Below are positions 10,247 to 20,107 of a stretch of 64,000 nucleotides of DNA, one piece after another. How positions within the stretch are numbered: the stretch's first letter is position 1; each line of letters opens with the position of its first letter. This DNA is from an uncultured Gammaproteobacteria bacterium. GTDB taxonomy: Bacteria; Patescibacteriota; Microgenomatia; Daviesbacterales; UBA10151. The notes under the pieces were generated by a model. The model did no database searches and was not told the origin of the DNA. It saw only the letters and a program-made list of their open reading frames with translations. The translations under genes and the position numbers were made by a program. The stretch is from positions 7,331 through 71,330 of the forward strand of contig CAZKCV010000004.1 of assembly GCA_964551605.1 (NCBI GenBank), written 5' to 3'.

Positions 10247-11472
10247 ATTTTTGATCTTCGCAATTGACCTGTCATGCAATGGGCTGCACCGTAGCCCTTG
10301 GTACTTTCGAATAGATCCGTATGAACTACTTTTTTACCTAACTTTTCCAACTGTTTAATCGTTTCGGTATTTCTAGATAGTGGCACGAATACAGAGCAGT
10401 CGCCGTTTGGCTCTTCTCCTTTGAGCAGAAAATTGCAGCCAAACCCTTTTTGCTCTTCTTGCGGGACGACTACGATATTGTCTTCTGTTTTCTCCAGATA
10501 AGCAATAAAAGTATCTGGGGTATCTTGTATAACCGTATCGCCGTTTACTGTGTTTAAAAATCTGACTCTTCTTTTTCTTGCCTCTTCTATGCAAACAGCA
10601 ATTTCGCTTTTGCCTATTGGATTCGAGAAGGTGTCGAGATGCATAGAGTCTTGTTGCTCGCTGAAGGATTTTTGAAAAGGATCCTCATCTTCGACGATGG
10701 CAAATTTTAGGCAGTATTGTTCTAGTTGTGGTTTGAGAGCTTGGTATACACTGATTACTGCACCCAAAGTAGTACGTGTTCCTACGCCGACAAATACAGT
10801 GCCGTTATGTATATAAGCGTCTCCGCCTTCAAAAGTTTCATTTGAAGGGATGATGATCGTATGGTGGGGCGCCAGATGTTGCTGATAGATGAGCTCATAA
10901 AGTCCGACTTCATGTTTTCTAATATCTTTAGCCATTCGTGAAACAACTCTTGCATCTAGCAAGACATTCATGTGATCTCTGCCGTAGAGACTATTGCCCA
11001 GAGGAAGTTGTGGGTCAACACTCAGTGCTTGATTTAATCTCAAAGCTTTTTCTTCTCCATATCGGACAACATCTTGTTCTACCAGTGTTGTTATTAAGTC
11101 ACTAGAATTTTGTACATGAGTATTATATTGACCTTGGATAGTTTTAGCTTTCCTATGCATAGCAGAAATTACATCGTCTTTTTTCAAATGTTTTTGGGGA
11201 CCTAGAGCATCCGCTAGAAGATCTCTTACCATAAGAACTCGGATGCCATGATCTTGTAAAGTCGCAGCATAGTTTAATCCTTCTTGTCGGGCTGTAACTG
11301 CGTCAAATGATTGGTGAAATAATGAGATTTGTATCGGATAGCATTGAGTTAAGATTGCTTCCGCTCCTATTGCACCCCAAGTGGCAACCGTTCTTAACGG
11401 TTCAGCTTCATCAAGAATCCCTATCTGCACAGATTTAAAAGGGAGGAGGGATTCAGGTGAATGTGAGGTCAT
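10243..11472 (-). CDS. arginine deiminase family protein
   Basis: YGRD, FEGGD, MHLDT, GAAHCMT catalytic motifs. Confidence 0.8.
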   Translation of the reverse strand: MTSHSPESLLPFKSVQIGILDEAEPLRTVATWGAIGAEAILTQCYPIQISLFHQSFDAVTARQEGLNYAATLQDHGIRVLMVRDLLADALGPQKHLKKDDVISAMHRKAKTIQGQYNTHVQNSSDLITTLVEQDVVRYGEEKALRLNQALSVDPQLPLGNSLYGRDHMNVLLDARVVSRMAKDIRKHEVGLYELIYQQHLAPHHTIIIPSNETFEGGDAYIHNGTVFVGVGTRTTLGAVISVYQALKPQLEQYCLKFAIVEDEDPFQKSFSEQQDSMHLDTFSNPIGKSEIAVCIEEARKRRVRFLNTVNGDTVIQDTPDTFIAYLEKTEDNIVVVPQEEQKGFGCNFLLKGEEPNGDCSVFVPLSRNTETIKQLEKLGKKVVHTDLFESTKGYGAAHCMTGQLRRSKI

Positions 11473-11523
11473 CTTTTAGGATCAGTTATACTATCATTAA
11501 ATCAAGTTGTCAAATTTTAGGGG

Positions 11524-11552
11524 TTGACAGAAAATGGCTTCAGGATTAAACT
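11524..11552 (+). promoter_or_regulatory. sigma70-type promoter upstream of pyrB
   Basis: TTGACA-17 bp-TAAACT. Confidence 0.7.
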
Positions 11553-11563
11553 ATCTCAAGGTT

Positions 11564-11632
11564 ATGCTTAAGAAATGTTCTTATGAATTAGTTCTAGAAG
11601 TGTTCTGATCCGCCAATGGGCGGATTTTTTTT
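11564..11632 (+). promoter_or_regulatory. candidate pyrB attenuator (14-aa leader ORF plus intrinsic terminator)
   Basis: ORF MLKKCSYELVLEVF* (11564-11608); its stop overlaps hairpin ATCCGCC-AATG-GGCGGAT plus T-run just before the pyrB ATG. Confidence 0.55.
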
Positions 11633-11641
11633 AAAAAAAAT

Positions 11642-12574
11642 ATGAACTTTAAAGGCAGGGACTTAATAGATATAAAAGATCTTTCCAAAGAGGAATTGTT
11701 ATATATCCTAAAAACTGCCAAAAGGTTTGATCCGGCTTTTGTCAAAAGAGATAGGTCAAATTACACTATTGCTCAAGGTAAGATTGCCGCTTTGCTTTTC
11801 TTTGAGCCATCTACCAGAACCCAGCAATCTTTTTCTTCAGCAGCTCAAAAGATAGGCATGGGTTTGATTGGATTTAATGATCCTGAGCTAACATCTATCC
11901 ATAAAGGCGAATCTTTTGCAGACACAATTAGAATAATGATGGCTTATGCAGATGTGATGATTATTAGACACCCGGAGCCTGGATCTGCCAGAAAAGCTGC
12001 AGATGTAGCTGATATACCGGTAATTAATGCCGGAGATGGTCCGAATAGCCACCCCACGCAAACACTTTTAGATATTTATACTATCTTAAAAGTTTTTAAG
12101 AGACTGGATAATTTAAAAATAGCTTTTGTGGGTGACCCTTTACACTACAGAACATTTCATGGACAGTTTGCAGCTTTATCAAAGTTTTCCGGTAATAAAT
12201 TTTATGGTGTTTCACCAAAAGGTTTGGAGATGCCTAAAGAATTTAGGAATAAAGATTATCATGATGTGGTGATCGATATGAAAAACCTAGATAAAACACT
12301 AGAGCAGCTTAAACCGGATATAGTTTCTGTTGGCAGAATTCCAAAAGAATATATTAAAGGAGATGCCACAAAATACAGTTTTCAAGTAACGATTAATACA
12401 GTTGAAAAATTACCTTCTCATTCAATTGTGATGCACCCGCTACCAAGGGTAAACGAGCTTGATCCGAAGATAGACAACAATCCAAAAGCTGTTTATTTTC
12501 AGCAAGCCAGAAACGGTTTATATATCAGGGAAGCATTGTTAGCTTTAGTATTAGGAAGAATTAATTCAAGGTAA
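11642..12574 (+). CDS. pyrB: aspartate carbamoyltransferase catalytic subunit
   Basis: FFEPSTRT, KGES, NAGDG, HPTQ, MHPLPR. Confidence 0.95.
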   Translation: MNFKGRDLIDIKDLSKEELLYILKTAKRFDPAFVKRDRSNYTIAQGKIAALLFFEPSTRTQQSFSSAAQKIGMGLIGFNDPELTSIHKGESFADTIRIMMAYADVMIIRHPEPGSARKAADVADIPVINAGDGPNSHPTQTLLDIYTILKVFKRLDNLKIAFVGDPLHYRTFHGQFAALSKFSGNKFYGVSPKGLEMPKEFRNKDYHDVVIDMKNLDKTLEQLKPDIVSVGRIPKEYIKGDATKYSFQVTINTVEKLPSHSIVMHPLPRVNELDPKIDNNPKAVYFQQARNGLYIREALLALVLGRINSR

Positions 12575-12588
12575 CAGGAAGGGAAATT

Positions 12589-12681
12589 ATGCAGGGTAAA
12601 TTAACTCTGTCCGATGGGACAGTTTTTTTAGGCGGACTGAAGCAAAAAACAATTAAAATAATGAAAAATTGTTTTTTGTAA
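12589..12681 (+). pseudogene. orphan 5' fragment of carA
   Basis: MQGKLTLSDGTVFLG vs carA MIGKLILSDGTEFIG, with a similar AAGGGAAA RBS; similarity stops after about 15 codons. Confidence 0.7.
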
Positions 12682-12733
12682 AGGAGCCCGCTTGCAAAAA
12701 TTGTCTAAATGACAATTTTTGACAAGGGAAACT

Positions 12734-13822
12734 ATGATTGGCAAATTAATTTTATCAGATGGAACTGAATTTATAGGAGAGGGATTTGGTTTTCCCATTT
12801 CCACCTCAGGGGAGGTGGTTTTTAATACCGGCATGGTGGGTTACCCGGAATCTTTAACAGATCCGTCATATTTTGGCCAAATTTTGGTGTTAACTTATCC
12901 GCTGCAGGGAAACTACGGTGTGCCGGGGAAAGATTTTTGGGAATCCAAAAAAATACAGGTTAAGGGCCTGATTGTCCAAAACTATATAGATCATCCGTCT
13001 CACTTTGAAAGTCAGAAGACCTTAGGGAAGTGGCTGAAAGCGGAAGGAATTCCGGCACTACAGGGGATTGATACCAGGTCTTTAACTACTAAACTGAGAG
13101 AGCATGGGGTGATGCTTGGTCGGATTGAAACAGGTTACAGGCAACAGGTTACAGGCAACAGTATCTATGATCCTAACGGTGAGAATATTCTTCCTTATGT
13201 TAGCTGTAAAAAGGTGGAAGTTTATGGGGAAGGCAAGAAAAATATAGTTTTAATTGATTGCGGGGCTAAGGAAAATATCATCAGGAGTTTAGTTAAGAGG
13301 GGAGTTAAAGTAACCAGAGTGCCATGGGATTTTAATCCTTTGAAATTTATGGATTCCCGCCTGCGCGGGAATGACAAGGTAGAGAAGCTGGATTTTGACG
13401 GGGTATTAGTTTCCAATGGCCCGGGAGATCCTAAACAAGCTAAAGAAACTATAGAAACTGTCAGACAACTGCTGGCAGAGAGTATTCCCACCTTTGGTAT
13501 CTGTTTAGGCAGTCAGATTCTATCTTTAGCAGCCGGAGGCGAAACCTACAAATTAAAATTTGGCCACCGGGGTCAAAATCAACCGGTGCAGGATGTAATT
13601 ACCAAAAAAGCGGTAATTACTTCTCAAAACCACGGGTTTGCTGTAGATACTAAATCTTTAAGTAAAGACTGGACAGAGTGGTTTGTAAACTTAAATGACG
13701 GTACCAATGAGGGGATCAGACATAAAAAGAAGCCGTTTATGGCAGCACAGTTTCACCCGGAGGCCAACCCGGGTCCGACAGAGGGCGGCTATTTGTTTGA
13801 TGAATTTTTGGAATATGTCTAA
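12734..13822 (+). CDS. carA: carbamoyl-phosphate synthase small subunit
   Basis: GEVVFNTGMVGY, SNGPGDP, FGICLG, QFHPEA. Confidence 0.96.
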   Translation: MIGKLILSDGTEFIGEGFGFPISTSGEVVFNTGMVGYPESLTDPSYFGQILVLTYPLQGNYGVPGKDFWESKKIQVKGLIVQNYIDHPSHFESQKTLGKWLKAEGIPALQGIDTRSLTTKLREHGVMLGRIETGYRQQVTGNSIYDPNGENILPYVSCKKVEVYGEGKKNIVLIDCGAKENIIRSLVKRGVKVTRVPWDFNPLKFMDSRLRGNDKVEKLDFDGVLVSNGPGDPKQAKETIETVRQLLAESIPTFGICLGSQILSLAAGGETYKLKFGHRGQNQPVQDVITKKAVITSQNHGFAVDTKSLSKDWTEWFVNLNDGTNEGIRHKKKPFMAAQFHPEANPGPTEGGYLFDEFLEYV

Positions 13823-16800
13823 TAGGTCAAATCAGTCGGATAAGTCTAATATGCTTAGGAAAGTACTTGTTCTAGGTTCAGGAGCATTAAAGATCGGTGA
13901 GGCCGGTGAATTTGATTATTCCGGCTCACAAGCTTTAAAAGCCTTGAAAGAAGAAGGGATAAAGGCCGTTTTAATTAATCCTAATATTGCTACCATCCAA
14001 ACCTCAAAGGAATTAGCCGGTAAAATATATTTTTTGCCGGTGACCCCGTATTTTGTCCAAAAAGTCATTGAAAAAGAAAAGCCGGATGCGATCTTTTTAA
14101 GTTTTGGCGGGCAAACTGCCTTAAATTGCGGTTTAGCTCTTGATCACCAAGGTGTGTTTAAAAAAAATCAGGTAAAAGTTTTAGGGTCTCCTGTTAAAAG
14201 TATCCAGATTACGGAAGACCGGGAACTTTTTGCCAGGGAGCTGGAGAAGATTAATGTGAAAGTCCCCAAAGGTGGCTTTGCCCGCTCAATGGATGAGACT
14301 TTAAAGATTGCCAGTAAGTTGGGTTATCCGCTCCTGATCCGGAGTGGATTTTCTTTAGGTGGACTTGGTTCCGGAGTGATTCACAGTAAAGAGGAGTTGA
14401 TTAAAATGGTTGCCATTGCCTTAAAACAAACGCCGCAAATTGCCATTGAAGAATACTTAAAACACTGGAAAGAGGTGGAGTATGAAGTAGTCCGGGATAA
14501 TTTAGGCAACAAAATTACTGTTTGTAATATGGAAAATATGGATCCCTTAGGTATCCATACCGGAGAGAGCATTGTGGTTGCTCCTTCCCAAACCCTAAAC
14601 AATTACCAGTATCATTTCCTGCGTAGGATATCGCTACAGGTGATTGAACATTTGGGGATTGTCGGGGAATGTAATATCCAATTTGCCTTAAATCCTAAAA
14701 ACAATGATTACCGGGTAATTGAAGTAAATGCCCGGTTGTCCCGATCTTCAGCCTTGGCATCCAAAGCGACCGGTTATCCGTTGGCTTATATTGCGGCCAA
14801 AATTGGGTTAGGCTATAACCTGCCGGAACTTAAAAACAGTGTTACTTTATCTACTTCTGCCTTTTTTGAACCGGCCTTAGATTATATTGTTATTAAGATT
14901 CCCCGTTGGGATCTGCAGAAGTTTGTCGGGGCTAAAGAGGCGATTGGTTCAGAAATGAAAAGTGTCGGAGAAGTAATGGCAGTGGGGCGAAGTTTTCCGG
15001 AAGTGCTCCAGAAAGCGATCAGGATGTTAGAGACCGGTCAGGATGGGCTGCTTTCAAACGGCGCCGATGATACCCAGCTTTTACCGACTACAGAGCGGCT
15101 GTTTGCAGTAGCCAAAAGATTAGGTAAGGGTGAATCGGTGGAAGCAATTTATAAGGCTACTGGTATTGATCCCTGGTTTTTATACCAGATTCAGGAAATG
15201 GTGAAATTTGAAGGTAGTCTTCAGTCGTCAGCTTTCAGTCGACAGACAGTTTTTAGGGCGAAACAACTGGGTTTTTCAGATAAAATAATTGCCAAAGCCT
15301 TTAAGAAAACCGAACAGGAAGTGCGCGATTATCGCAAAAAGAATGACATAGTGCCTAAGGTAAAACATATTGATACTCTGGCAGCAGAGTACCCGGCCAA
15401 AACCAATTATCTTTATTTAACTTACCATGGGGAAGAGTCGGAAAGTCCAAAAGCCAAACAATTAAATAAAGAAAAGGCCATTGTTTTAGGTTCAGGGCCT
15501 TACCGGATTGGGTCATCAGTGGAATTTGATTGGTGTTCTGTTACAGCCGCCAAAACTTTAAGAGATAAAGGCTTGGAAACAATTATTATCAATTGTAATC
15601 CGGAAACAGTCTCTACTGATTTTGACTCGGCAGATAAATTATACTTTGAGCAATTAACCTTTGAGAGAGTCAGTGATATCTATGATATAGAATCAGAAAA
15701 TAAAGGGAATGTTTCGCTGGTATTAGGTTTTGGAGGGCAAGTTCCCAATAATTTGGCCATGAGCTGTTTCCGGGCCGGCTATAAAATCTTAGGCACTTCT
15801 CCGGAGAACATTGATCGGGCAGAGGATAGGAATAAATTCTCCAAGCTGTTGGATAAACTGGGGATTGAGCAGCCGGCTTGGCAAAGCTTGAAAACACCTA
15901 ATGAGGCAATAAGGTTTGCTGATAAAATCGGCTATCCGGTTTTAATCAGGCCTTCTTATGTATTATCAGGGTCAGCCATGAATGTGGCTTATTCAGCTGC
16001 TGATCTGAAGAAAGATTTAAAAAGTGCAACTGATGTATCAGCAGAACACCCGGTGGTAATTTCCAAATTTGTAGAAGGTGCCAAGGAGATCGAGGTAGAC
16101 GGGGTGGGACAGAAGGGGAAGCTATTGATTTATGCTATCTCAGAGCATGTAGAGAATGCCGGGGTCCATTCCGGAGATGCCACCATAGTTTTGCCGCCGC
16201 AGCGGTTATATCTGGAAACGGTCAGGAAAATTAAAGATGCCACCAGAAAGATTTTGGAATCCTTAAATATCAACGGGCCATTTAATATCCAGTTTTTGGC
16301 TAAAGATAATAAAATCCTGGTGATTGAGTTAAACCTGCGGGCTTCCCGGTCTTTTCCGTTTGTCTCTAAAGTAACCGGTTTTAACTTTGTAGAAATAGCT
16401 ACCCGGGCCATGTTTGGCGGAGAGCCATCCAGGCATTACAATACAGTTGGTCTAGATCATGTGGCTGTTAAAGCCCCTCAGTTTTCCTTTAGTAGGATCA
16501 AGGGTGCTGATCCAAGGCTTCGGGTGGAGATGTCTTCTACCGGAGAAGTAGCTTGTTTTGGAGATGACCTTCGGGAAGCCTACCTTAAAGCAATATTAGC
16601 TACCGGGTTTAAGATGCCTAAGAAGAGTGTATTCTTAACAATCGGCGGGGAAGAAAATAAATTAAACCTGCTTAATTCAGCAAAGGATTTGTCTTTATTA
16701 GGTTTTAAAATATATGCTACAGCCCAAACCCATGAATTTTTAAGCCAGAACGGAATTAAAAATACCAGAGCCTACAAAATTTCAGAAGAGGCTCATCCTT

Positions 16801-17030
16801 CGGTCTTGGATTTATTAATACAGGGAGCCATTGATTTGGTGATTAATATTTCGGAGCCGGGTTCTCAAAAAGGTGAGACAGACGGTTTTATTATCAGGAG
16901 AACCTGTGTAGATTTAGGTATTCCCTTAATTACCAATTTGCAGGCAGCAGAATTGTTGGTCTCTGCCCTGAAACTTAAAAAACTAGAGGACCTGGAAATT
17001 AAAAGCTGGGATGAATACGTAAGCAGTTGA
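13815..17030 (+). CDS. carB: carbamoyl-phosphate synthase large subunit
   Basis: GEAGEFDYSG, duplicated ATP-grasp halves, C-terminal MGS-like domain; start 13815 or 13851. Confidence 0.97.
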   Translation: MSNRSNQSDKSNMLRKVLVLGSGALKIGEAGEFDYSGSQALKALKEEGIKAVLINPNIATIQTSKELAGKIYFLPVTPYFVQKVIEKEKPDAIFLSFGGQTALNCGLALDHQGVFKKNQVKVLGSPVKSIQITEDRELFARELEKINVKVPKGGFARSMDETLKIASKLGYPLLIRSGFSLGGLGSGVIHSKEELIKMVAIALKQTPQIAIEEYLKHWKEVEYEVVRDNLGNKITVCNMENMDPLGIHTGESIVVAPSQTLNNYQYHFLRRISLQVIEHLGIVGECNIQFALNPKNNDYRVIEVNARLSRSSALASKATGYPLAYIAAKIGLGYNLPELKNSVTLSTSAFFEPALDYIVIKIPRWDLQKFVGAKEAIGSEMKSVGEVMAVGRSFPEVLQKAIRMLETGQDGLLSNGADDTQLLPTTERLFAVAKRLGKGESVEAIYKATGIDPWFLYQIQEMVKFEGSLQSSAFSRQTVFRAKQLGFSDKIIAKAFKKTEQEVRDYRKKNDIVPKVKHIDTLAAEYPAKTNYLYLTYHGEESESPKAKQLNKEKAIVLGSGPYRIGSSVEFDWCSVTAAKTLRDKGLETIIINCNPETVSTDFDSADKLYFEQLTFERVSDIYDIESENKGNVSLVLGFGGQVPNNLAMSCFRAGYKILGTSPENIDRAEDRNKFSKLLDKLGIEQPAWQSLKTPNEAIRFADKIGYPVLIRPSYVLSGSAMNVAYSAADLKKDLKSATDVSAEHPVVISKFVEGAKEIEVDGVGQKGKLLIYAISEHVENAGVHSGDATIVLPPQRLYLETVRKIKDATRKILESLNINGPFNIQFLAKDNKILVIELNLRASRSFPFVSKVTGFNFVEIATRAMFGGEPSRHYNTVGLDHVAVKAPQFSFSRIKGADPRLRVEMSSTGEVACFGDDLREAYLKAILATGFKMPKKSVFLTIGGEENKLNLLNSAKDLSLLGFKIYATAQTHEFLSQNGIKNTRAYKISEEAHPSVLDLLIQGAIDLVINISEPGSQKGETDGFIIRRTCVDLGIPLITNLQAAELLVSALKLKKLEDLEIKSWDEYVSS

Positions 17031-17061
17031 CGTAGAATTTTTGCGGGAAATGTGCAAGAAT

Positions 17062-17133
17062 AGGGGAAAGGGTGAAGGGTCAAGGGTGAAGTATTTATTT
17101 ACTTTTCCCTTTACGCTTTCCCCTTAACCCTAA
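17062..17133. repeat. inverted pair of heptamer tandem arrays
   Basis: AAGGGTG-like units followed by complementary CCCTTTA/CCCTTAA-like units. Confidence 0.7.
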
Positions 17134-17137
17134 CTTT

Positions 17138-18214
17138 ATGTTTATCCCCAAATACTCTATCACCAATAAAATTCTCAAAGATATCGGTACAGTTGAAGCA
17201 GCCCGGGAAGTGATTATGAATGCGCCTCTGGTACCGGCCTGGGAGGCCAAATTCCGCAAAGAGGCTATGGAGCGGACTGTCCATCACGGTACCCACCTGG
17301 AGGGTAATCCTCTATCACCCGAAGAAGTCAAGGATGTCTTGGAAGGGGAAGAAATAATTGCCCGGGACCGGGATGTCCAGGAGATTATCAATTACAGAAA
17401 TGTCTTAAAATTCATTGACGGCATTCACAGTCAGATTGGCTCTTCCGGCAGTTACAGCTTTACCATTGAAACTATACTGGAGATGCACAGGTTAACTACT
17501 GACAAAATTTTAGCGCCGGAATCTTCCGGCCAATTTAGAATTAGGCAGGTAGTGATCAAGAATACCAAAACCGGCCAGATTTCCTATACTCCGCCGCCGG
17601 CAGTGGAAGTGCCGTATTTGGTGGAAGATTTGGTCAATTGGATCAATTCCGATGAAGGCAGACAGGTCCATCCAATCATCAAGGCCGGGATTATCCATTA
17701 TGAACTGGCTAGGATCCATCCTTTTGTAGACGGTAACGGCCGGGTGGCGAGAGCCGTGGCTACCTTGATTTTGTTTTTAGACGGTTATGACATCCGGAAG
17801 TTTTTCTCTTTTGAAGAATACTTTGATGAAAACCCGATGCAGTATTACTTAACACTACAAGCCGTATCAAACCAGCTCGTTCTGGATACTCATGAGCGTG
17901 ATTTAACACCGTGGCTGGAATACTTTACGGAAGGGGTAGCTATTGAGCTAAACCGGGTGAAGGAAAAAGTACAGCGTATTTCGGTTGATGCCAGGATCAA
18001 GGATAAATTAGGCAAGCAACTGATGTTAAATGAGCGGCAAATGTTGATTATGGAATATATTCATCGGCACAAAGGCTTGTCTAATAAAGAGTTCCGTAAG
18101 ATTTTTCCGGATCATTCTGATGATACGGTTCTTAGAGAACTAAAATTCCTCCGCCAAAAAGGCCTGGTTAAAAAATCCGGCGGCACCAAAAAAGCGGTGT
18201 ATGTCTTAAAGTAA
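17138..18214 (+). CDS. Fic family protein with C-terminal wHTH
   Basis: Canonical HPFVDGNGRVAR. Confidence 0.92.
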   Translation: MFIPKYSITNKILKDIGTVEAAREVIMNAPLVPAWEAKFRKEAMERTVHHGTHLEGNPLSPEEVKDVLEGEEIIARDRDVQEIINYRNVLKFIDGIHSQIGSSGSYSFTIETILEMHRLTTDKILAPESSGQFRIRQVVIKNTKTGQISYTPPPAVEVPYLVEDLVNWINSDEGRQVHPIIKAGIIHYELARIHPFVDGNGRVARAVATLILFLDGYDIRKFFSFEEYFDENPMQYYLTLQAVSNQLVLDTHERDLTPWLEYFTEGVAIELNRVKEKVQRISVDARIKDKLGKQLMLNERQMLIMEYIHRHKGLSNKEFRKIFPDHSDDTVLRELKFLRQKGLVKKSGGTKKAVYVLK

Positions 18215-18229
18215 GGAGTTGAGAAGATT

Positions 18230-18625
18230 GTGAGTTCTCATGCTGAACGACGACTAAGTGTATTGGTGGTTGAGGATGACGAGTCGATACGGGATTTGTT
18301 AAGAATAAGCTTAGAAGATGAGGGGTATGAAGTGACTGCTTTTGAAAGACCACCAGAGGTTGAGGCTTATTTATTGCAAGAAGCTGGTGATTCTCCCGAC
18401 ATCATACTGCATGATCTGGGACTGTGGAATTATGACGGAGTGAATTTGATGCAAAGGTTTAAGGAGAGACATCCAAACGCAATACTTATTGCCCTAACTG
18501 CAACTCCAGGTAATTTGCATTTGTCTTGTGATGGGGTAATTAAGAAGCCATTTGATCTTAATGGACTGCTTGATTCAATGAAGTATCTAGTACGGTTAAG
18601 ACTGCATGATCCGGGGTTTGAATAG
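18230..18625 (+). CDS. single-domain response regulator receiver
   Basis: VLVVEDD, PDIILHD, LTA, KKPF. Confidence 0.85.
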   Translation: MSSHAERRLSVLVVEDDESIRDLLRISLEDEGYEVTAFERPPEVEAYLLQEAGDSPDIILHDLGLWNYDGVNLMQRFKERHPNAILIALTATPGNLHLSCDGVIKKPFDLNGLLDSMKYLVRLRLHDPGFE

Positions 18626-18674
18626 TTTATAACCAAATTTGCCATCTGGACAAAGCGCTTCTCATAGGGTATAT

Positions 18675-18974
18675 ATGTTTCTACGTAACCGGGTTTTTCT
18701 TGTAGGTTCTGTGGTAAATACTGATATGAGATTAGAAATTGAGTCGCATGATGGAGTATTTGCCCCAGCTGAGAAGAGAGCAAGAAGGGTTAAAGCTTAT
18801 AGAATAATAGCTAAGGTGCCCCGTTATGCACGTCTTTTCTTCAAGATCCAGAGGTTATTAGGTGCTTCTTCAGATGCGGATATTCAAGAACATTATCGTA
18901 GAACTGCAGATACGATTGAGAATGGTTATAGACAATATGAAGCAGAAAAAGCAAAAAGTGATGCAGGGGATTAG
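18675..18974 (+). CDS. hypothetical protein
   Basis: Short ORF filling an intergenic gap; start uncertain. Confidence 0.4.
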   Translation: MFLRNRVFLVGSVVNTDMRLEIESHDGVFAPAEKRARRVKAYRIIAKVPRYARLFFKIQRLLGASSDADIQEHYRRTADTIENGYRQYEAEKAKSDAGD

Positions 18975-19092
18975 ACTGGAAAAGATATTAATGCTGGGTT
19001 AAGGAAATTTATATTCCTCATAAATTGACATTTTGATATTAAGCGCCTTGAGATTAATTGTCCAGTAATAGATTTGTAAGAGATTGCAGTAT

Positions 19093-19950
19093 TTATTTTG
19101 GTCTTGGTTGGAATGGAACCCGTTCCACAGTGATCTTCCCATTGTTTTGAGGACCTCTTTTTATAATACCTACTGTATTGCTGCCTTTTTCTTTAAAGGC
19201 GACCATATTTCTGCCGGCCTCTTTTGCTCCATACATAGCTGTGTCTGCCTCACGCATAATTCTTGTCGCTGTTTCCTGTACAACTTCATCGACTATTTGC
19301 CTATTTTTTGCATGGTCGTTTGGGTCTAAAGAAGCAAGCAGGGGGATCTCTCGAGGGTCAAAAGAGCTTACGCCTGAAGTGATTTCAATTTTAATATCCT
19401 CTCCACCAAAATGGGTAGTAGCTCCCTCTATATTTCTTCTTTGCCTTTCTGCTATACTAATTGCGGTATCTAAATCTACCGGTGTGATGGTTACGAATTC
19501 CTCTCCGCCATACCGAAAAACTCTATCGGACCCTCTTTTTGTACTATTTTCTAGAATTTTGGCAACATTTTTTAATACTGCATCCCCTGCTTGGTGATCA
19601 GTGTACTTATTATTAAAATCTCTAAAATGGTCTATATCATTCATAATGTAAGAAAATGGTCGGCCTGTACTAATTGAAGTTTCTATCGCTTTTACAATCT
19701 CTTCGTCATATGCTCTTTTGTTTCCTAATTCGGTTAAAGCATCAATTCGAGAGTTTTTTTCTGCTTCGGCTTTTTCTGCTTCTAGCTTTGCTTCTTTAGC
19801 ATCTCTTCTTTGTTCTTCTAAAGTAAGCTCTTCAGCCAGCTTTTCAGGAGGCGTAGTTCGGATCCTTTCCAAATAATGTTGCACCAGTTTAGGATCCGGT
19901 TTATTTTCAATAGCTTCTTCTGTGATTGTCCCTTTGTTTGTTTCAGGCAT
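19093..19950 (-). CDS. diguanylate cyclase (GGDEF domain) with N-terminal coiled coil
   Basis: DALTELGN, DIDHFRDFN, RYGGEEF, ADTAMYGAKEAGRN. Confidence 0.9.
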   Translation of the reverse strand: MPETNKGTITEEAIENKPDPKLVQHYLERIRTTPPEKLAEELTLEEQRRDAKEAKLEAEKAEAEKNSRIDALTELGNKRAYDEEIVKAIETSISTGRPFSYIMNDIDHFRDFNNKYTDHQAGDAVLKNVAKILENSTKRGSDRVFRYGGEEFVTITPVDLDTAISIAERQRRNIEGATTHFGGEDIKIEITSGVSSFDPREIPLLASLDPNDHAKNRQIVDEVVQETATRIMREADTAMYGAKEAGRNMVAFKEKGSNTVGIIKRGPQNNGKITVERVPFQPRPK

Positions 19951-19996
19951 GCTTGTATTTTACAATATTCTCTGAATCTATTACAATCCAGATGCT

Positions 19997-20094
19997 GTCA
20001 TTGCGATCCGGCTCTGCCGGAGAAGCAATCTTGGTAGGATGATTTCCTGACCTAGATTGCCGCGTCGCTCACTTTGTTCGCTCCTCGCAATGAC
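19997..20094. repeat. REP/RPE-like palindromic element (GTCATTGCGA...TCGCAATGAC)
   Basis: Terminal inverted repeats with internal GCAATC/GATTGC arms; a half copy lies at 22782-22816 inside a CDS. Confidence 0.8.
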
Positions 20095-20107
20095 GAAATA
20101 AATCAAT

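Noticed and set aside
13695-13814. N-terminal extension of carB
   Set aside because: Overlaps the carA coding end; a plausible start is 13815 or 13851.
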